Positions 28,884 through 38,488 of a DNA stretch of 58,452 bases are shown here, one piece after another (position 1 is the first letter of the stretch; each line of letters starts with the position of its first letter). A program made the translations under genes and the position numbers. The notes beneath the pieces were generated by a model that had not been told where the DNA came from, searched no databases, and was given only the letters and a program-made list of their open reading frames with translations. The stretch is from Candidatus Hadarchaeota archaeon (GTDB lineage Archaea > Hadarchaeota > Hadarchaeia > Hadarchaeales > JAWBSP01): assembly GCA_964474885.1 (NCBI GenBank), contig CAYYWO010000006.1, forward strand, positions 1 to 58,452, written 5' to 3'.

Positions 28884-29840
28884 TCAAGCCCCGAACTTTT
28901 TCGCGAGTTTGCGCGGTAGACAATATTCAATCTCTTCAATTTCCTGAGCTTCGGAACGATCTGCCTGAGGCCTGCTAGATCCTTTTCCCTGCGTAGCAAG
29001 TTTGCAGAGAATTGCGTCCTCTGGCTTGGTCACATACACCCGAACAACTTGAGAGCCAACATTAAGGTCAGCAGCCATCCCGTTTGCATTCCGGTACACT
29101 ATTTAAACAAGTCGCGGGTCCTTGGTTCAGCTGGACAAACAAAGTCCACGGAGAAGTTCTTTCCGTTCGAGCGGTGTTAGCTCAGTGACCTGGTTGCCAT
29201 GATGAAAAATTCGCCAGGACGCTTTCGTGCTCGAGTTTCGTCAATGTGAGAAAGACCTCGTCGACATCGGTCGGGAGTTCCAGCAGCAAGTCGACATCAC
29301 AGGTGGAATAACCTCCCGCAAACGCGGCTCGGCCAGCAAGAGGCGACGCCGCCCCGTTATCACGATGCTCGGTATTGCAGTCCTTCAGATGCCAAGAGAG
29401 AAAGCGGAGTCCAATACTAGCTTTTGGAACTCGTCTTCGGGCACGTTTCGCAAGTTCGTACCGGGACTTTTCCGCTTTGGGCAACCGCCTGCAGGAGCAA
29501 ACGGGCACACCCTCTTCCCAGTCAATGCCCAGCAGGTGAGCGTAAGAAGAAACGACCGCGCAGGTTTCATCATGGGTTCGGTCATGCGGCACCGCTTGCA
29601 ATGCTCGAGTACTCGCCGCACGAGTGCCCGGAGGATCCTGTCTTTCAGCTTAAAGCCACCTCTTTCTCCTCTTAAGAGTTCGAGGAGCCTCGTCCAGCGG
29701 GAGTGAGATGGCTGCTTGAGTGGTCGTCCTCTTTTGCTCAGTGTGGGTCACTTTAACTGAGACCAGCCCGTAAGCTTCTAACCGTTCTTTTCTCCCGCTT
29801 TCTAACCAGTTTTTACTTTCCTCCTTCACCAGAAATCCAG
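28884..29840 (-). pseudogene. Decayed nucleotidyltransferase gene (DUF6036/AbiEii-like), possibly with an upstream HTH
   Basis: Fragments in different frames: LKDCNTEH/VITG/AAS..GGYSTCDVDLL; VYVTKPEDAILCKL; upstream RLEAYGLVSVKV; boundaries approximate. Confidence 0.5.
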
Positions 29841-29884
29841 ACTTTGGTGCTCTCTTTTAAGATGGAGGAGCCCTGTTTCTGTGT

Positions 29885-30013
29885 GTGCTCATCGGTCTGG
29901 TGCTGGTGATGACAAGTGCCTTTGTGGTGATCTCCACGGACAAGAAATCATACGGTTGGGCACTGCTTGGTCGCGGCATCATACTATTTTTTTTTCATAG
30001 TGTCAAAGGATAA
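29885..30013 (+). CDS. Putative small two-TM protein (42 aa)
   Basis: GTG..VLIGLVLVMTSAFVVISTDKKSYGWALLGRGIILFFFHSVKG*; GGAGGAG upstream. Confidence 0.3.
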   Translation: MLIGLVLVMTSAFVVISTDKKSYGWALLGRGIILFFFHSVKG

Positions 30014-30038
30014 AGCACAGCTTCAAGAGGAGATAGGA

Positions 30039-31409
30039 TCACACCTCAACAAGCCTGATTGAGTTCTCGTGGGGAGTCCCCTTATCTCCAGAGACGAGGA
30101 CTCTTTCGCCCTTCCTGAGTTTTCCCTCCTGCCTCAACTCTTCCAGAACCTGCTCGACGCTCCCGACTAATGGTTCCACCCCCCAGAAGAGGAGCAGCTG
30201 TCTGGCTTTGAGATCGTCGGGGCAGGCGGCAAAGATAGGCTTAGCTGGACGATAAGCCGACAGAATTCTTACGACCTCTCCTCTTTTAACCTGAATGAGT
30301 ATGCCCTTCACTCCCGGGGCTTCGGAAAGCTCATCCATACCCAGGCAAAAGGCCCTGTGGATGTCCAGTTCCGGCCTGTATTCAAGACTCCTGAAAACCC
30401 TTGCGTACTCGGGAGAGTTCTCAACCGCCCTCAGAATTCTGGCTGCTTCCTCTACCGAGCGAACTGGATAGTTTCCCACTGCTGTTTCAGATGAGAGGAG
30501 AATGCCATCCACACCCTGAAGGCTGGCCTCCGCGACATCCGTGATCTCGGCTCGGGTGGGAAAGGGATTCTGGGTCATGGACTCCAGCATCTGCGTGGCT
30601 ACTATCACCGGTTTTCCTATTTTCCTGCATTTTTTAACGATCCTTTCCTGCAAGAGGGGCACATCCTCACTGGGCATGCTGACACCCAAATCGCCTCTCG
30701 CCACTATTATCCCGTCCGAAGCTCTCAGGATTTCGTCCAGATTCTTCAACCCTTCCGGATGCTCTATCTTTGCTAGCACCTGCACATGCTGGGAGCCTCT
30801 CTTCCTCAACTCAGCTTTAACCTTCTCTACGTTTTCCGAATGTCTCACAAGGGAAACTGCGACAAAGTCCACCCCAAGCCTGACCCCAAACTCGAGAGCC
30901 TCTCTGTCCTCCTCGGTTAGGGAGGAGAGAGGTAGCTCAGAGTCGGGAAAAACAATTCCCTTGCAATTGCTGACTTCTCCGCCTATCTCAGTTCTGCAAC
31001 AGACATTCTGACCAGTTTCGACTATCCTCAGCTGGATCTTCCCATCATCTATCAAGACCCTTTCACCGGTTTTCAGGTGAACCAGTACTTCCGGTTTGCT
31101 TATCGGGATTCTCTCCTCTCCTGGCTCGGCCGACAGGAAGACGATTTGGCCCCTGCACAGCCTGATGGCCTTCTCCAAGCCGCTCACCCTTATCTTTGGG
31201 CCTGGCAGATCCTGCAAAATGCCGACTTCTCTGTTCAAATCGACCGAGACTTGTCTTAACAGCTCGTAGCATCTAGCGTGAAAGGAAAAGTCCCCGTGGG
31301 AAAAATTCAGCCTTGCTATCCGCATCCCGGCCAGGACCATGTCCCTGATGGTCTCATAGGTGTTTGAAGCGGGCCCTATGGTGCAGATAATCCTAGTGCG
31401 TGTCATCAT
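30039..31409 (-). CDS. pyk: Pyruvate kinase
   Basis: IICTIGPAS, ARLNFSHG, DLPGPKIR, AKIE, VARGDLG, ATQMLESM, PTRAE. Confidence 0.97.
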   Translation of the reverse strand: MMTRTRIICTIGPASNTYETIRDMVLAGMRIARLNFSHGDFSFHARCYELLRQVSVDLNREVGILQDLPGPKIRVSGLEKAIRLCRGQIVFLSAEPGEERIPISKPEVLVHLKTGERVLIDDGKIQLRIVETGQNVCCRTEIGGEVSNCKGIVFPDSELPLSSLTEEDREALEFGVRLGVDFVAVSLVRHSENVEKVKAELRKRGSQHVQVLAKIEHPEGLKNLDEILRASDGIIVARGDLGVSMPSEDVPLLQERIVKKCRKIGKPVIVATQMLESMTQNPFPTRAEITDVAEASLQGVDGILLSSETAVGNYPVRSVEEAARILRAVENSPEYARVFRSLEYRPELDIHRAFCLGMDELSEAPGVKGILIQVKRGEVVRILSAYRPAKPIFAACPDDLKARQLLLFWGVEPLVGSVEQVLEELRQEGKLRKGERVLVSGDKGTPHENSIRLVEV

Positions 31410-31443
31410 GACCTTGCAATTAAAGGTTTTGAGGATAGAGAGG

Positions 31444-32421
31444 ATGCGTCAGCGTACCTGGTATATTCCCATTGTGTGGCTATCTTTTTTCTTAGCATGT
31501 CGACTGATTTATCCTTCAAACAATCCCCTCATACGGATACCCAATGAGATTCTCTGTTATCTATTGCCCCTACTCGTTATATGGACATTTGCTAGAAGGG
31601 AGTTCTGGAGAAGTGTTGGACTCCGCAGATCCAATCTCAAGAGCTCCCTGCTTTGGTCATTTTCGCTCTATGTCGTCTTTTCGGTAGTTCTGGTCGGTGT
31701 AACAAGCTTGACTCTTCATCTCACAGGGATGACGAGTGAACAGGTGCGGGAGGAAATAGAGCATTATATGAGAATGACCACGCCCAGCTGGTACACAGGT
31801 TACCTACTCGTGGCGTCCTTTTTCCCCATTGCATTTTCCGAGGAGCTCGTTTTCCGAGGATATATCTTGAGCTTGCTCAGGCCCTTCGGTCCTCTCTCCA
31901 TACTTATTCCTGCGGCCCTCCACGCTAGTCTACACCTCTGGTATCTCCATCTGTCCATAGCTCCCCTCCTTTTTCTTCAGGCTTTCATTTTGTTCGTGTG
32001 GTACGGTCTCATAGTCTACCTAAGTGGAAATGTTTTCGGGGCTGTGTTGATGCATGGACTCATAGACTTCATCTCCAATCTCAGTAGGATAAACGAGGAT
32101 TATGCGATGGGGGTCAATACTGCATGTCTCTTGCTCGGGATTGTCAGTACCATGATCTTATTGATGTCCCACTTCAGACGAAAAATGGAGGCTGCAATCA
32201 AGGCCGGCTTTGAGGAGAGATTACAAATGAACATTCAGAGGCTGAAGAGGATGCACAAGGGATTGAAGGTGATGCTAAGGAGGATTCAGAGGAGATACGA
32301 GAGGGGGGAAATTTCGAAGGGAGAGTACTGGAGACTGACTGACATCTACACCCAGCGGATAAGAGAAGTGGAACAAATACTCAGTCGGCAAAGATCGCGT
32401 TCAGGATCAGGTCAGGGTTGA
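31444..32421 (+). CDS. CPBP (CAAX/Abi) intramembrane glutamic protease with C-terminal helical/SHOCT-like tail
   Basis: EELVFRG, HASLH, HGLID; tail RYERGEISKGEY. Confidence 0.85.
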   Translation: MRQRTWYIPIVWLSFFLACRLIYPSNNPLIRIPNEILCYLLPLLVIWTFARREFWRSVGLRRSNLKSSLLWSFSLYVVFSVVLVGVTSLTLHLTGMTSEQVREEIEHYMRMTTPSWYTGYLLVASFFPIAFSEELVFRGYILSLLRPFGPLSILIPAALHASLHLWYLHLSIAPLLFLQAFILFVWYGLIVYLSGNVFGAVLMHGLIDFISNLSRINEDYAMGVNTACLLLGIVSTMILLMSHFRRKMEAAIKAGFEERLQMNIQRLKRMHKGLKVMLRRIQRRYERGEISKGEYWRLTDIYTQRIREVEQILSRQRSRSGSGQG

Positions 32422-33391
32422 ACTGCACCAAATCCTCATACCGTTGCCCAGTCCCGAGGGCTAGGATAGGTTTCCCGGTCACATAGGAGATTGAAAGGGC
32501 CGCCCCGCCTCTTGCGTCCGCATCCATCTTGCACAGAATCACAGCGTCTATGCCGATCTCCCTATCAAAAGTCTGGGCCTGCTCTACTGCGTCATTTCCC
32601 GTCAGAGCATCTCCAACGAAAATCTTTAAATCTGGTTTGATCACCCGCACTATTTTTTTCATCTCGTCCATCAGGTCCACATCAGTTTGCATCCTCCCTG
32701 CTGTGTCCACCAGAACCACATCATAGTGCCGCGCACGGGCGTGGGCTACTGCATCAAAAGCCACTGCCGCTGCATCCGCACCCCTTCGCTGCTTGACTAC
32801 GGGGATCCCCAGCTTGGATGCATGTATCTCCAATTGCTCTATCCCGGCAGCTCGGAAGGTATCCGCCGCCGCAAGCAAAACTCGGTAACCCCTGTCCATG
32901 AGCATCTTCGCTACCTTCGCTATAGTCGTAGTCTTCCCGACCCCATTCACACCAAAGAACACTATGACAGCCGGCTTGTCCTCCCCTCGCTTTTGTTCGA
33001 TCAGCCTGAAGAGATCTATATGTCCTCCCTTCATCAGTACCCTTCTGATGGATTCTCTGAGCAAGCTTTCCGCCAGCTTGCGTGGATCCTTTCCAAGTTC
33101 TAGCTCCTTCCCGACGAGTTCGGATTTGACGTACTGGATTATTTCCTGTGCAACAGGCAGAGCTGTATCGCTTTCAAGCAGGCTGACGTGTAGATCCCAT
33201 AGAACGTCATCGAGATCCGACTCCGAAATCTTTCGCCTGAAAACTCCTTTAACGGTTCTCTTGACGCGCAGAAGCTTTGGATGCTCGGGGGGAGCAACCG
33301 GTTCTGCTTCTTCCTGTTCAGTGGTTTCCCGAATTTTCGCTGAGAGTTTTTCCTTGATGCTCTTCAGCTTGTGCTTGAGCTTCTCAAGCAT
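32381..33391 (-). CDS. ftsY: SRP receptor FtsY
   Basis: GVNGVGKTTTIAK, DTFRAA, DTAGR, KMDADARGG, GTGQ. Confidence 0.97.
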   Translation of the reverse strand: MLEKLKHKLKSIKEKLSAKIRETTEQEEAEPVAPPEHPKLLRVKRTVKGVFRRKISESDLDDVLWDLHVSLLESDTALPVAQEIIQYVKSELVGKELELGKDPRKLAESLLRESIRRVLMKGGHIDLFRLIEQKRGEDKPAVIVFFGVNGVGKTTTIAKVAKMLMDRGYRVLLAAADTFRAAGIEQLEIHASKLGIPVVKQRRGADAAAVAFDAVAHARARHYDVVLVDTAGRMQTDVDLMDEMKKIVRVIKPDLKIFVGDALTGNDAVEQAQTFDREIGIDAVILCKMDADARGGAALSISYVTGKPILALGTGQRYEDLVQFNPDLILNAIFAD

Positions 33392-33828
33392 CAGCCCCGG
33401 GCTTTCCTGAGCAGCTCCTCAAGCTGGGGGCGGATCTCCTCAGCCCGACTACCAACTCGTTCGAGCTCTTTTTGCGTCTTCTGGATGGCCTCCTGAAGAT
33501 TCTTTACCTTTTCCTCGACTAAACTTATCACTTCATCAAAGCTCTTTTCGAACATCACTCCAGCCCCAACTGTATACACTACCTTGTTGTTCCCCTTCAG
33601 CCTCGCATGGACGAAGCAACCTGAGCCCAGCGGAACCAAAACCTCAGTCTCCGGCGAGACGTTCTTCAGCGTTTTCAGCGCGTCCAAGGTGGTGAGGTGC
33701 TCCGAAATGGTTCTGCTTAGGGCGGAGATCTGTTGCCTCAACACTTCAGCTTGAGCCTCATAGGCATTGAGTTCAGAAGCGAGCTTCTCTAGCTTTTCCC
33801 TCTCCTCCTTCGTTATCTCTCGCATCAA
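33391..33828 (-). CDS. pfdA: Prefoldin alpha subunit
   Basis: Coiled coils flanking EVLVPLGSG and VGAGV hairpins; directly upstream of ftsY. Confidence 0.93.
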   Translation of the reverse strand: MMREITKEEREKLEKLASELNAYEAQAEVLRQQISALSRTISEHLTTLDALKTLKNVSPETEVLVPLGSGCFVHARLKGNNKVVYTVGAGVMFEKSFDEVISLVEEKVKNLQEAIQKTQKELERVGSRAEEIRPQLEELLRKARG

Positions 33829-33905
33829 CGTCTTGTAGGCTATCTATTAACCTTTGACAGGATGTTAATCACATGGTGTTTTTATTACCCCGTCGGTCTT
33901 TAAAA

Positions 33906-35225
33906 ATGCAGCAGGCGATGGAGGAGATACGGTCTCTGAACAGTACTCGAGCCAACGAGATTAGAAGGATGAGAGAATTCTTGCGAGAGGGACAGTTCGA
34001 CTTGGAGAAGTGGGAGGAGTTGAGGAGGCTGGTCTACAAACCGGTTCCCCTCCGGATTGATGTGGTGGTGGACGACTGCACTTTGAGAGAGGGCCTTCAG
34101 ATGGCCGGACTCACGATCCCGAAACCAGAGGAATCCTTCCAGATCGCCTGCATGTTGGATGAGATCGGAGTCGAGAGACTGGAGGTGATGACCTACACAA
34201 AGACAGACCAGCAGGCCATCAAGCTAATGCAGGATAGGGGGCTCGGGAAGAAGTTAGCAGCCTGGTGCAGGGCTGCGAAAGCAGACATTGATTTAGCATT
34301 AAGGCTGGATTTTGAGCAGGTTGGAATCTCTCATCCGGTGTCATACATCCACTTCGAGAAGTGGCCGGACAAATCCCTAGAGGAGCTCGTCGGGCGGGTG
34401 GTCGAAACTGTCAGCTACGCGGTCTCACACGGCCTCACAGTTTTCGTTCACGGGGAAGATAGCACGAGGGCGGACTGGGAGTTCGAGAGGTACTTCATAA
34501 ATTGCGTGGCGGAGGCGGGTGCCAAGGTTTACAGGATCTGCGACACCATAGGCGTTGGGCTATCCGACCCATCTGCCACCCTGCCCAATGGGATACCAGC
34601 CAAGGTAATGCACATCAAGAGGGAGACCAAGATACCCTACATCGAGATCCATGCCCACGATGACCTAGGAAACGCCGTTGAGAATACCATGGCGACCATA
34701 CGCTCGGCCGCAGGGCTCTACGATAAGGTCTATGTGAGCACGACCTTCTTGGGGCTCGGGGATCGGGCGGGGAATGCCGAGACGGAAAAGATAATCCTGA
34801 ACTGCTACTTCCACCACGACATGCAGAAGTGGAACCTCAAACCGCTGAGGAAGCTCGCTCTCTTCATAGCCTCCGCCCTGAAGTACCACCTGCCCGTCAA
34901 CAAGGCCATAGTGGGGGACAGTGCCTTTGCCCACGAATCCGGGATCCACGTGCACGGAGTGAAGACTCTTCCCCTGACCTACGAGGTCTTCCCACCCGAG
35001 CTGGTTGGTCAGGAGAGAATAATCGTGGTAGGCCCCCGATCCGGCAAACACGGCATACACCTCAAGCTGGAGCAAATCCTGGGGAGGAAGGTAGAGGACG
35101 ACGATCCCCGTCTGGCCAAGCTGGTTGAGATGGTGAGGAAGAAGTACGTGGAGGGCGCCAGGAGGCAGCCGATCAGGGACAAGGAGTTCAGGGAGCTGGC
35201 ACGCAAGGCCGGTTTCGAGGTTTGA
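33906..35225 (+). CDS. DRE-TIM acyltransferase: Re-citrate synthase-like / homocitrate synthase family
   Basis: DCTLREGLQ, EDSTRAD, RICDTIGVG..P.ATLP, HAHDDLG, GLGDRAGNA, HESGIH; no LeuA regulatory domain; start uncertain (33873/33906/33918). Confidence 0.8.
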   Translation: MQQAMEEIRSLNSTRANEIRRMREFLREGQFDLEKWEELRRLVYKPVPLRIDVVVDDCTLREGLQMAGLTIPKPEESFQIACMLDEIGVERLEVMTYTKTDQQAIKLMQDRGLGKKLAAWCRAAKADIDLALRLDFEQVGISHPVSYIHFEKWPDKSLEELVGRVVETVSYAVSHGLTVFVHGEDSTRADWEFERYFINCVAEAGAKVYRICDTIGVGLSDPSATLPNGIPAKVMHIKRETKIPYIEIHAHDDLGNAVENTMATIRSAAGLYDKVYVSTTFLGLGDRAGNAETEKIILNCYFHHDMQKWNLKPLRKLALFIASALKYHLPVNKAIVGDSAFAHESGIHVHGVKTLPLTYEVFPPELVGQERIIVVGPRSGKHGIHLKLEQILGRKVEDDDPRLAKLVEMVRKKYVEGARRQPIRDKEFRELARKAGFEV

Positions 35226-36463
35226 AGGGGCTCACCCTAGCTGAGAAGATCTTTACCCTCAGACTGGGCAGAAGGGTAACGGCCGGTGAGATAGTCGTGG
35301 CTCCCGTTGACCTGGCCATGGGCCAGGACGGGACCTCCCCGCTCGCGATAAAGGCCTTCAGGGAGATGGGGGCGAAGAGGGTTTTCGATCCGAGGAAGAT
35401 AGTTTTCGTCATCGACCACATAGCACCCAGCACCTCAGAGGGTACGTCGGAGCTCCACAACCTTATGAGGGAGTTTGCGGGGGAACACGGGATCACCCTT
35501 TACGATGTCGGCTATGGCATATGCCATCAGATCTTGGCAGAGGAATACGATAGGCCTGGGATGATAATCGTGGGTGCGGACTCGCACACCTGCATGCACG
35601 GGGCCTTCGGGGCCTTCGCCACAGGCATTGGCTCAACTGAGCTCGCCGCCGTCATGGCATCCGGCAAGCTGTGGTTTAGGGTTCCGGGAACCATCAGGGT
35701 GGACTTCTCAGGGGAACTCCCTCCGTACCTCACCTCGAAGGATCTAGCCCTCTTCTTGGCGGGCGAAATAAAGGCGGATGGCGCGACCTACAAAGTCTTG
35801 GAGTTCGGAGGGGAAACCGTGCGGCGGATGAGCATGGACTCCAGGTTGACTCTGTGCAATTTGGCGGTCGAGATGGGTGGGAAGTGCGGTCTGGTCGAGC
35901 CGGATGAGATAACTGAACAGTACCTCGGGGAGGAGGTACCCGACCTCCGTGCCGATCCGGATGCTAAGTACGAGGAGAGGTTAGAGATCAAGGTTGGGGA
36001 TCTGGAGCCAATGGTCGCCAAGCCCCACGCCGTGGACAACGTCGCCGCGGTCAGAGAAGTAGAGGGTGTGGAGGTCGACCAAGTCTTCCTAGGTAGCTGC
36101 ACCAACGGCAGGCTGGAGGACCTGCGGATGGCGGCGAGGATACTGAAGGGGAGGAAGGTGAGGGAGGGGACGCGCATGCTGGTCATCCCAGCTTCTCGGC
36201 GCATCATGTTGCAAGCAATGAGTGAAGGCCTTATCGAGATCTTCCTCCGGGCGGGGTGCATCATCGGCTCACCGGGCTGCGGCCCTTGTATGGGAGGACA
36301 TATCGGGATACTCGGACCGGGGGAGGTATGCGTCTCCACCTCCAACCGGAACTTCTTGGGGAGGATGGGGAGCGAGAAGGCCCAGATTTACCTCGCCTCA
36401 CCTCTCACAGCAGCCGCCTCCGCGGTCACCGGGAAGATCACGGATCCGAGAGATCTGATGTAG
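35222..36463 (+). CDS. LeuC/HacA-family [4Fe-4S] dehydratase large subunit
   Basis: IDH, GICHQ, GADSHTC, GSCTNGR, PGCGPCMG, STSNRNF. Confidence 0.95.
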   Translation: MKGLTLAEKIFTLRLGRRVTAGEIVVAPVDLAMGQDGTSPLAIKAFREMGAKRVFDPRKIVFVIDHIAPSTSEGTSELHNLMREFAGEHGITLYDVGYGICHQILAEEYDRPGMIIVGADSHTCMHGAFGAFATGIGSTELAAVMASGKLWFRVPGTIRVDFSGELPPYLTSKDLALFLAGEIKADGATYKVLEFGGETVRRMSMDSRLTLCNLAVEMGGKCGLVEPDEITEQYLGEEVPDLRADPDAKYEERLEIKVGDLEPMVAKPHAVDNVAAVREVEGVEVDQVFLGSCTNGRLEDLRMAARILKGRKVREGTRMLVIPASRRIMLQAMSEGLIEIFLRAGCIIGSPGCGPCMGGHIGILGPGEVCVSTSNRNFLGRMGSEKAQIYLASPLTAAASAVTGKITDPRDLM

Positions 36464-36492
36464 TTGCCCGGAAAAATTTATCTCAAGATAAG

Positions 36493-37002
36493 ATGATGGG
36501 CAAGGTCTGGAAGTTTGGAGACGACATAAACACGGACCTCATTATCTCCGGGAAGTACAAGTTCAAGACCCTGGACATGGCGGAGCTGGCAAAACACGCC
36601 ATGGAGGCACTGGATCCCGATTTTTCCAAGAAGGTGAGGCCCGGGGACGTGATAGTAGCGGGGAAGAATTTCGGCTGCGGCTCGAGCAGGGAGCAGGCCC
36701 CCCTGGTTCTCAAGCAACTCGGGATATCCTGCATCATAGCGAAGAGCTTCGCGCGAATCTTCTACAGGAACTGCATCAACTTGGGCTTGCCCGCAATCGA
36801 ATGCCCCCAGGCGTATGAGAGGGTGGAGGCAGGGGATGAGGTCCAGGTGGACATCTCGAGGGGGAAGATCCTCGACCTCACCAGGGGATTTGAGCTGGAG
36901 TTCAAACCCTTCCCGGACTTCATCCTGAGCATACTCCAGGATGGCGGCCTCGTGGAACAGTACAGGAAAAGAGGAGGTTTCGCATGGGGAGACATAGGGT
37001 GA
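36493..37002 (+). CDS. LeuD/HacB-family small subunit
   Basis: [36 protein letters not shown]. Confidence 0.95.
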   Translation: MMGKVWKFGDDINTDLIISGKYKFKTLDMAELAKHAMEALDPDFSKKVRPGDVIVAGKNFGCGSSREQAPLVLKQLGISCIIAKSFARIFYRNCINLGLPAIECPQAYERVEAGDEVQVDISRGKILDLTRGFELEFKPFPDFILSILQDGGLVEQYRKRGGFAWGDIG

Positions 37003-38066
37003 CCCTGATCAGGGGAGACGGGGTTGGGCCTGAAGTCATCCAAGCCGCTGTGAGGTGCATCGAGGCGACAGGAGTTCCGATAGAATGGGAGGAGGTCGAG
37101 GCGGGGCAGGTAGCCCTCCAGAAGTACGGTGACCCTCTCCCCCAGGAGGTCTTGGACTCCATAAGGAGGAATTGCGTCGCCTTGAAAGGTCCCATCACGA
37201 CGCCCGTGGGGACGGGGTTCCGGAGCGTGAACGTGACCATCCGGCAGAAGCTGGACCTGTACGCGTGCGTGAGGCCTTGCAAGCTCTACCCGGGAGTCAG
37301 AACACGGTACACCTCGGTCGATCTGGTGGTCATCCGCGAGGCGACCGAGGACGTGTACGCTGGCGTGGAGTTCCAGGAGGGTAAGGAAGAAACCGAGGCA
37401 CTGTTGAGGCTGGTGAAGGAGAAGCTGAACCTCGGGCTCAGGAGGGACAGTGGGATAAGCCTGAAGCCCATTTCCCGATCCGCCTCCACAAGGATCGTGC
37501 GATTCGCCTTCGAGTACGCCAGGAAGTACGGGAGGAAGAAGGTGACCGCTGTGCACAAGGCCAACATCATGAAGTTCTCCGACGGCCTCTTCCTCGAGGC
37601 AGCCAGGGAGGTGGCAAGCCAATATCCTGACATACAGTTCGAGGACAGGATTGTAGACAACATGTGTATGCAGCTCGTCCAGAAGCCGGAACAGTACGAC
37701 GTCATAGTGACCACAAATCTCTATGGTGACATTCTCTCGGATCTCTGCGCGGGGCTGGTGGGCGGGCTCGGGGTCGCTCCCAGTTGTAACATTGGGGAGC
37801 ATGCAGCAGTTTTTGAGCCCACCCACGGGAGTGCTCCGAAATATGCAGGCAAGAACAAGGTGAACCCTACAGCTACTATTCTATCAGGGGTCATGATGCT
37901 CCGTCATCTGGGAGAAGTGAGGGCTGCGGACAGGCTGGAAAGGGCTGTCGCCAGGGTGATCGCCGAGGGGAAGAGGGTAACCTATGATTTAAAACCTTCT
38001 CCTGATGATCCAACAGCGGTTGGAACACAGGAAATGGCAGATGCCATAATTGAGGCTTTGGAATGA
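36984..38066 (+). CDS. Isocitrate dehydrogenase-type beta-decarboxylating dehydrogenase, probably NADP-dependent
   Basis: [24 protein letters not shown] (IDH-type substrate loop), [25 protein letters not shown]. Confidence 0.88.
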   Translation: MGRHRVTLIRGDGVGPEVIQAAVRCIEATGVPIEWEEVEAGQVALQKYGDPLPQEVLDSIRRNCVALKGPITTPVGTGFRSVNVTIRQKLDLYACVRPCKLYPGVRTRYTSVDLVVIREATEDVYAGVEFQEGKEETEALLRLVKEKLNLGLRRDSGISLKPISRSASTRIVRFAFEYARKYGRKKVTAVHKANIMKFSDGLFLEAAREVASQYPDIQFEDRIVDNMCMQLVQKPEQYDVIVTTNLYGDILSDLCAGLVGGLGVAPSCNIGEHAAVFEPTHGSAPKYAGKNKVNPTATILSGVMMLRHLGEVRAADRLERAVARVIAEGKRVTYDLKPSPDDPTAVGTQEMADAIIEALE

Positions 38067-38488
38067 AGATGGCCAGAGCGACTAAAGCTGCAGGCTATTT
38101 TTATCTGATTGGCCTATTCCTGCTAGGTATTTCATTCTTCGCCTCAAAAGGCGGTGTTTTCCTGAGCCTCCGAGCGGACATCAACCTTTCGCTCTTCTTT
38201 TGGGGGATGACTATCCTCCTCTTGGGTCTCGGGATCGTCCTCTACCGTGCTGGTTTCGAAAGAGGTAGAAAGGGCGCGGAAGGGGAGATAGCGCGCCTGC
38301 AGGCAGAAGTAGCCAAGAAAGAGAGGGAGCTCGTCCAGACTGAGAAGGAGATAGCAGAGATCGAGGGTATCTTGGCCAGAAAAACCACTAGGCTCTACGA
38401 ACTAAGCGGGAGGCTGGGGGACCGGGAAAGAAGGCTAAAAAGGATCAAGGAGATCTTGGGATCCGAGTCTAACCGTGGATCAATCTGA
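38063..38488 (+). CDS. Hypothetical membrane protein with C-terminal coiled coil
   Basis: Two TM segments plus heptad-rich tail; ATGA overlap with the upstream gene. Confidence 0.7.
   Translation: MKMARATKAAGYFYLIGLFLLGISFFASKGGVFLSLRADINLSLFFWGMTILLLGLGIVLYRAGFERGRKGAEGEIARLQAEVAKKERELVQTEKEIAEIEGILARKTTRLYELSGRLGDRERRLKRIKEILGSESNRGSI

Noticed and set aside
29227-29706. 159-aa + strand ORF
   Set aside because: Antisense to the decayed nucleotidyltransferase fragments, with no recognisable motif
36256-36492. N-terminal extension of LeuD; likewise extensions of the NTase (24836), CPBP (31360), hisD (41655), wtpA (50494) and gch3 (57529)
   Set aside because: The extensions overlap neighbours or promoters and lack family similarity; downstream starts fit the family N-termini
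36762-37826. 354-aa antisense ORF opposite leuD/IDH, and similar ones at 40960-41697 and 48593-49387
   Set aside because: Shadow or alternate-frame ORFs expected from GC-rich codon usage; no motifs, fully overlapping well-supported genes
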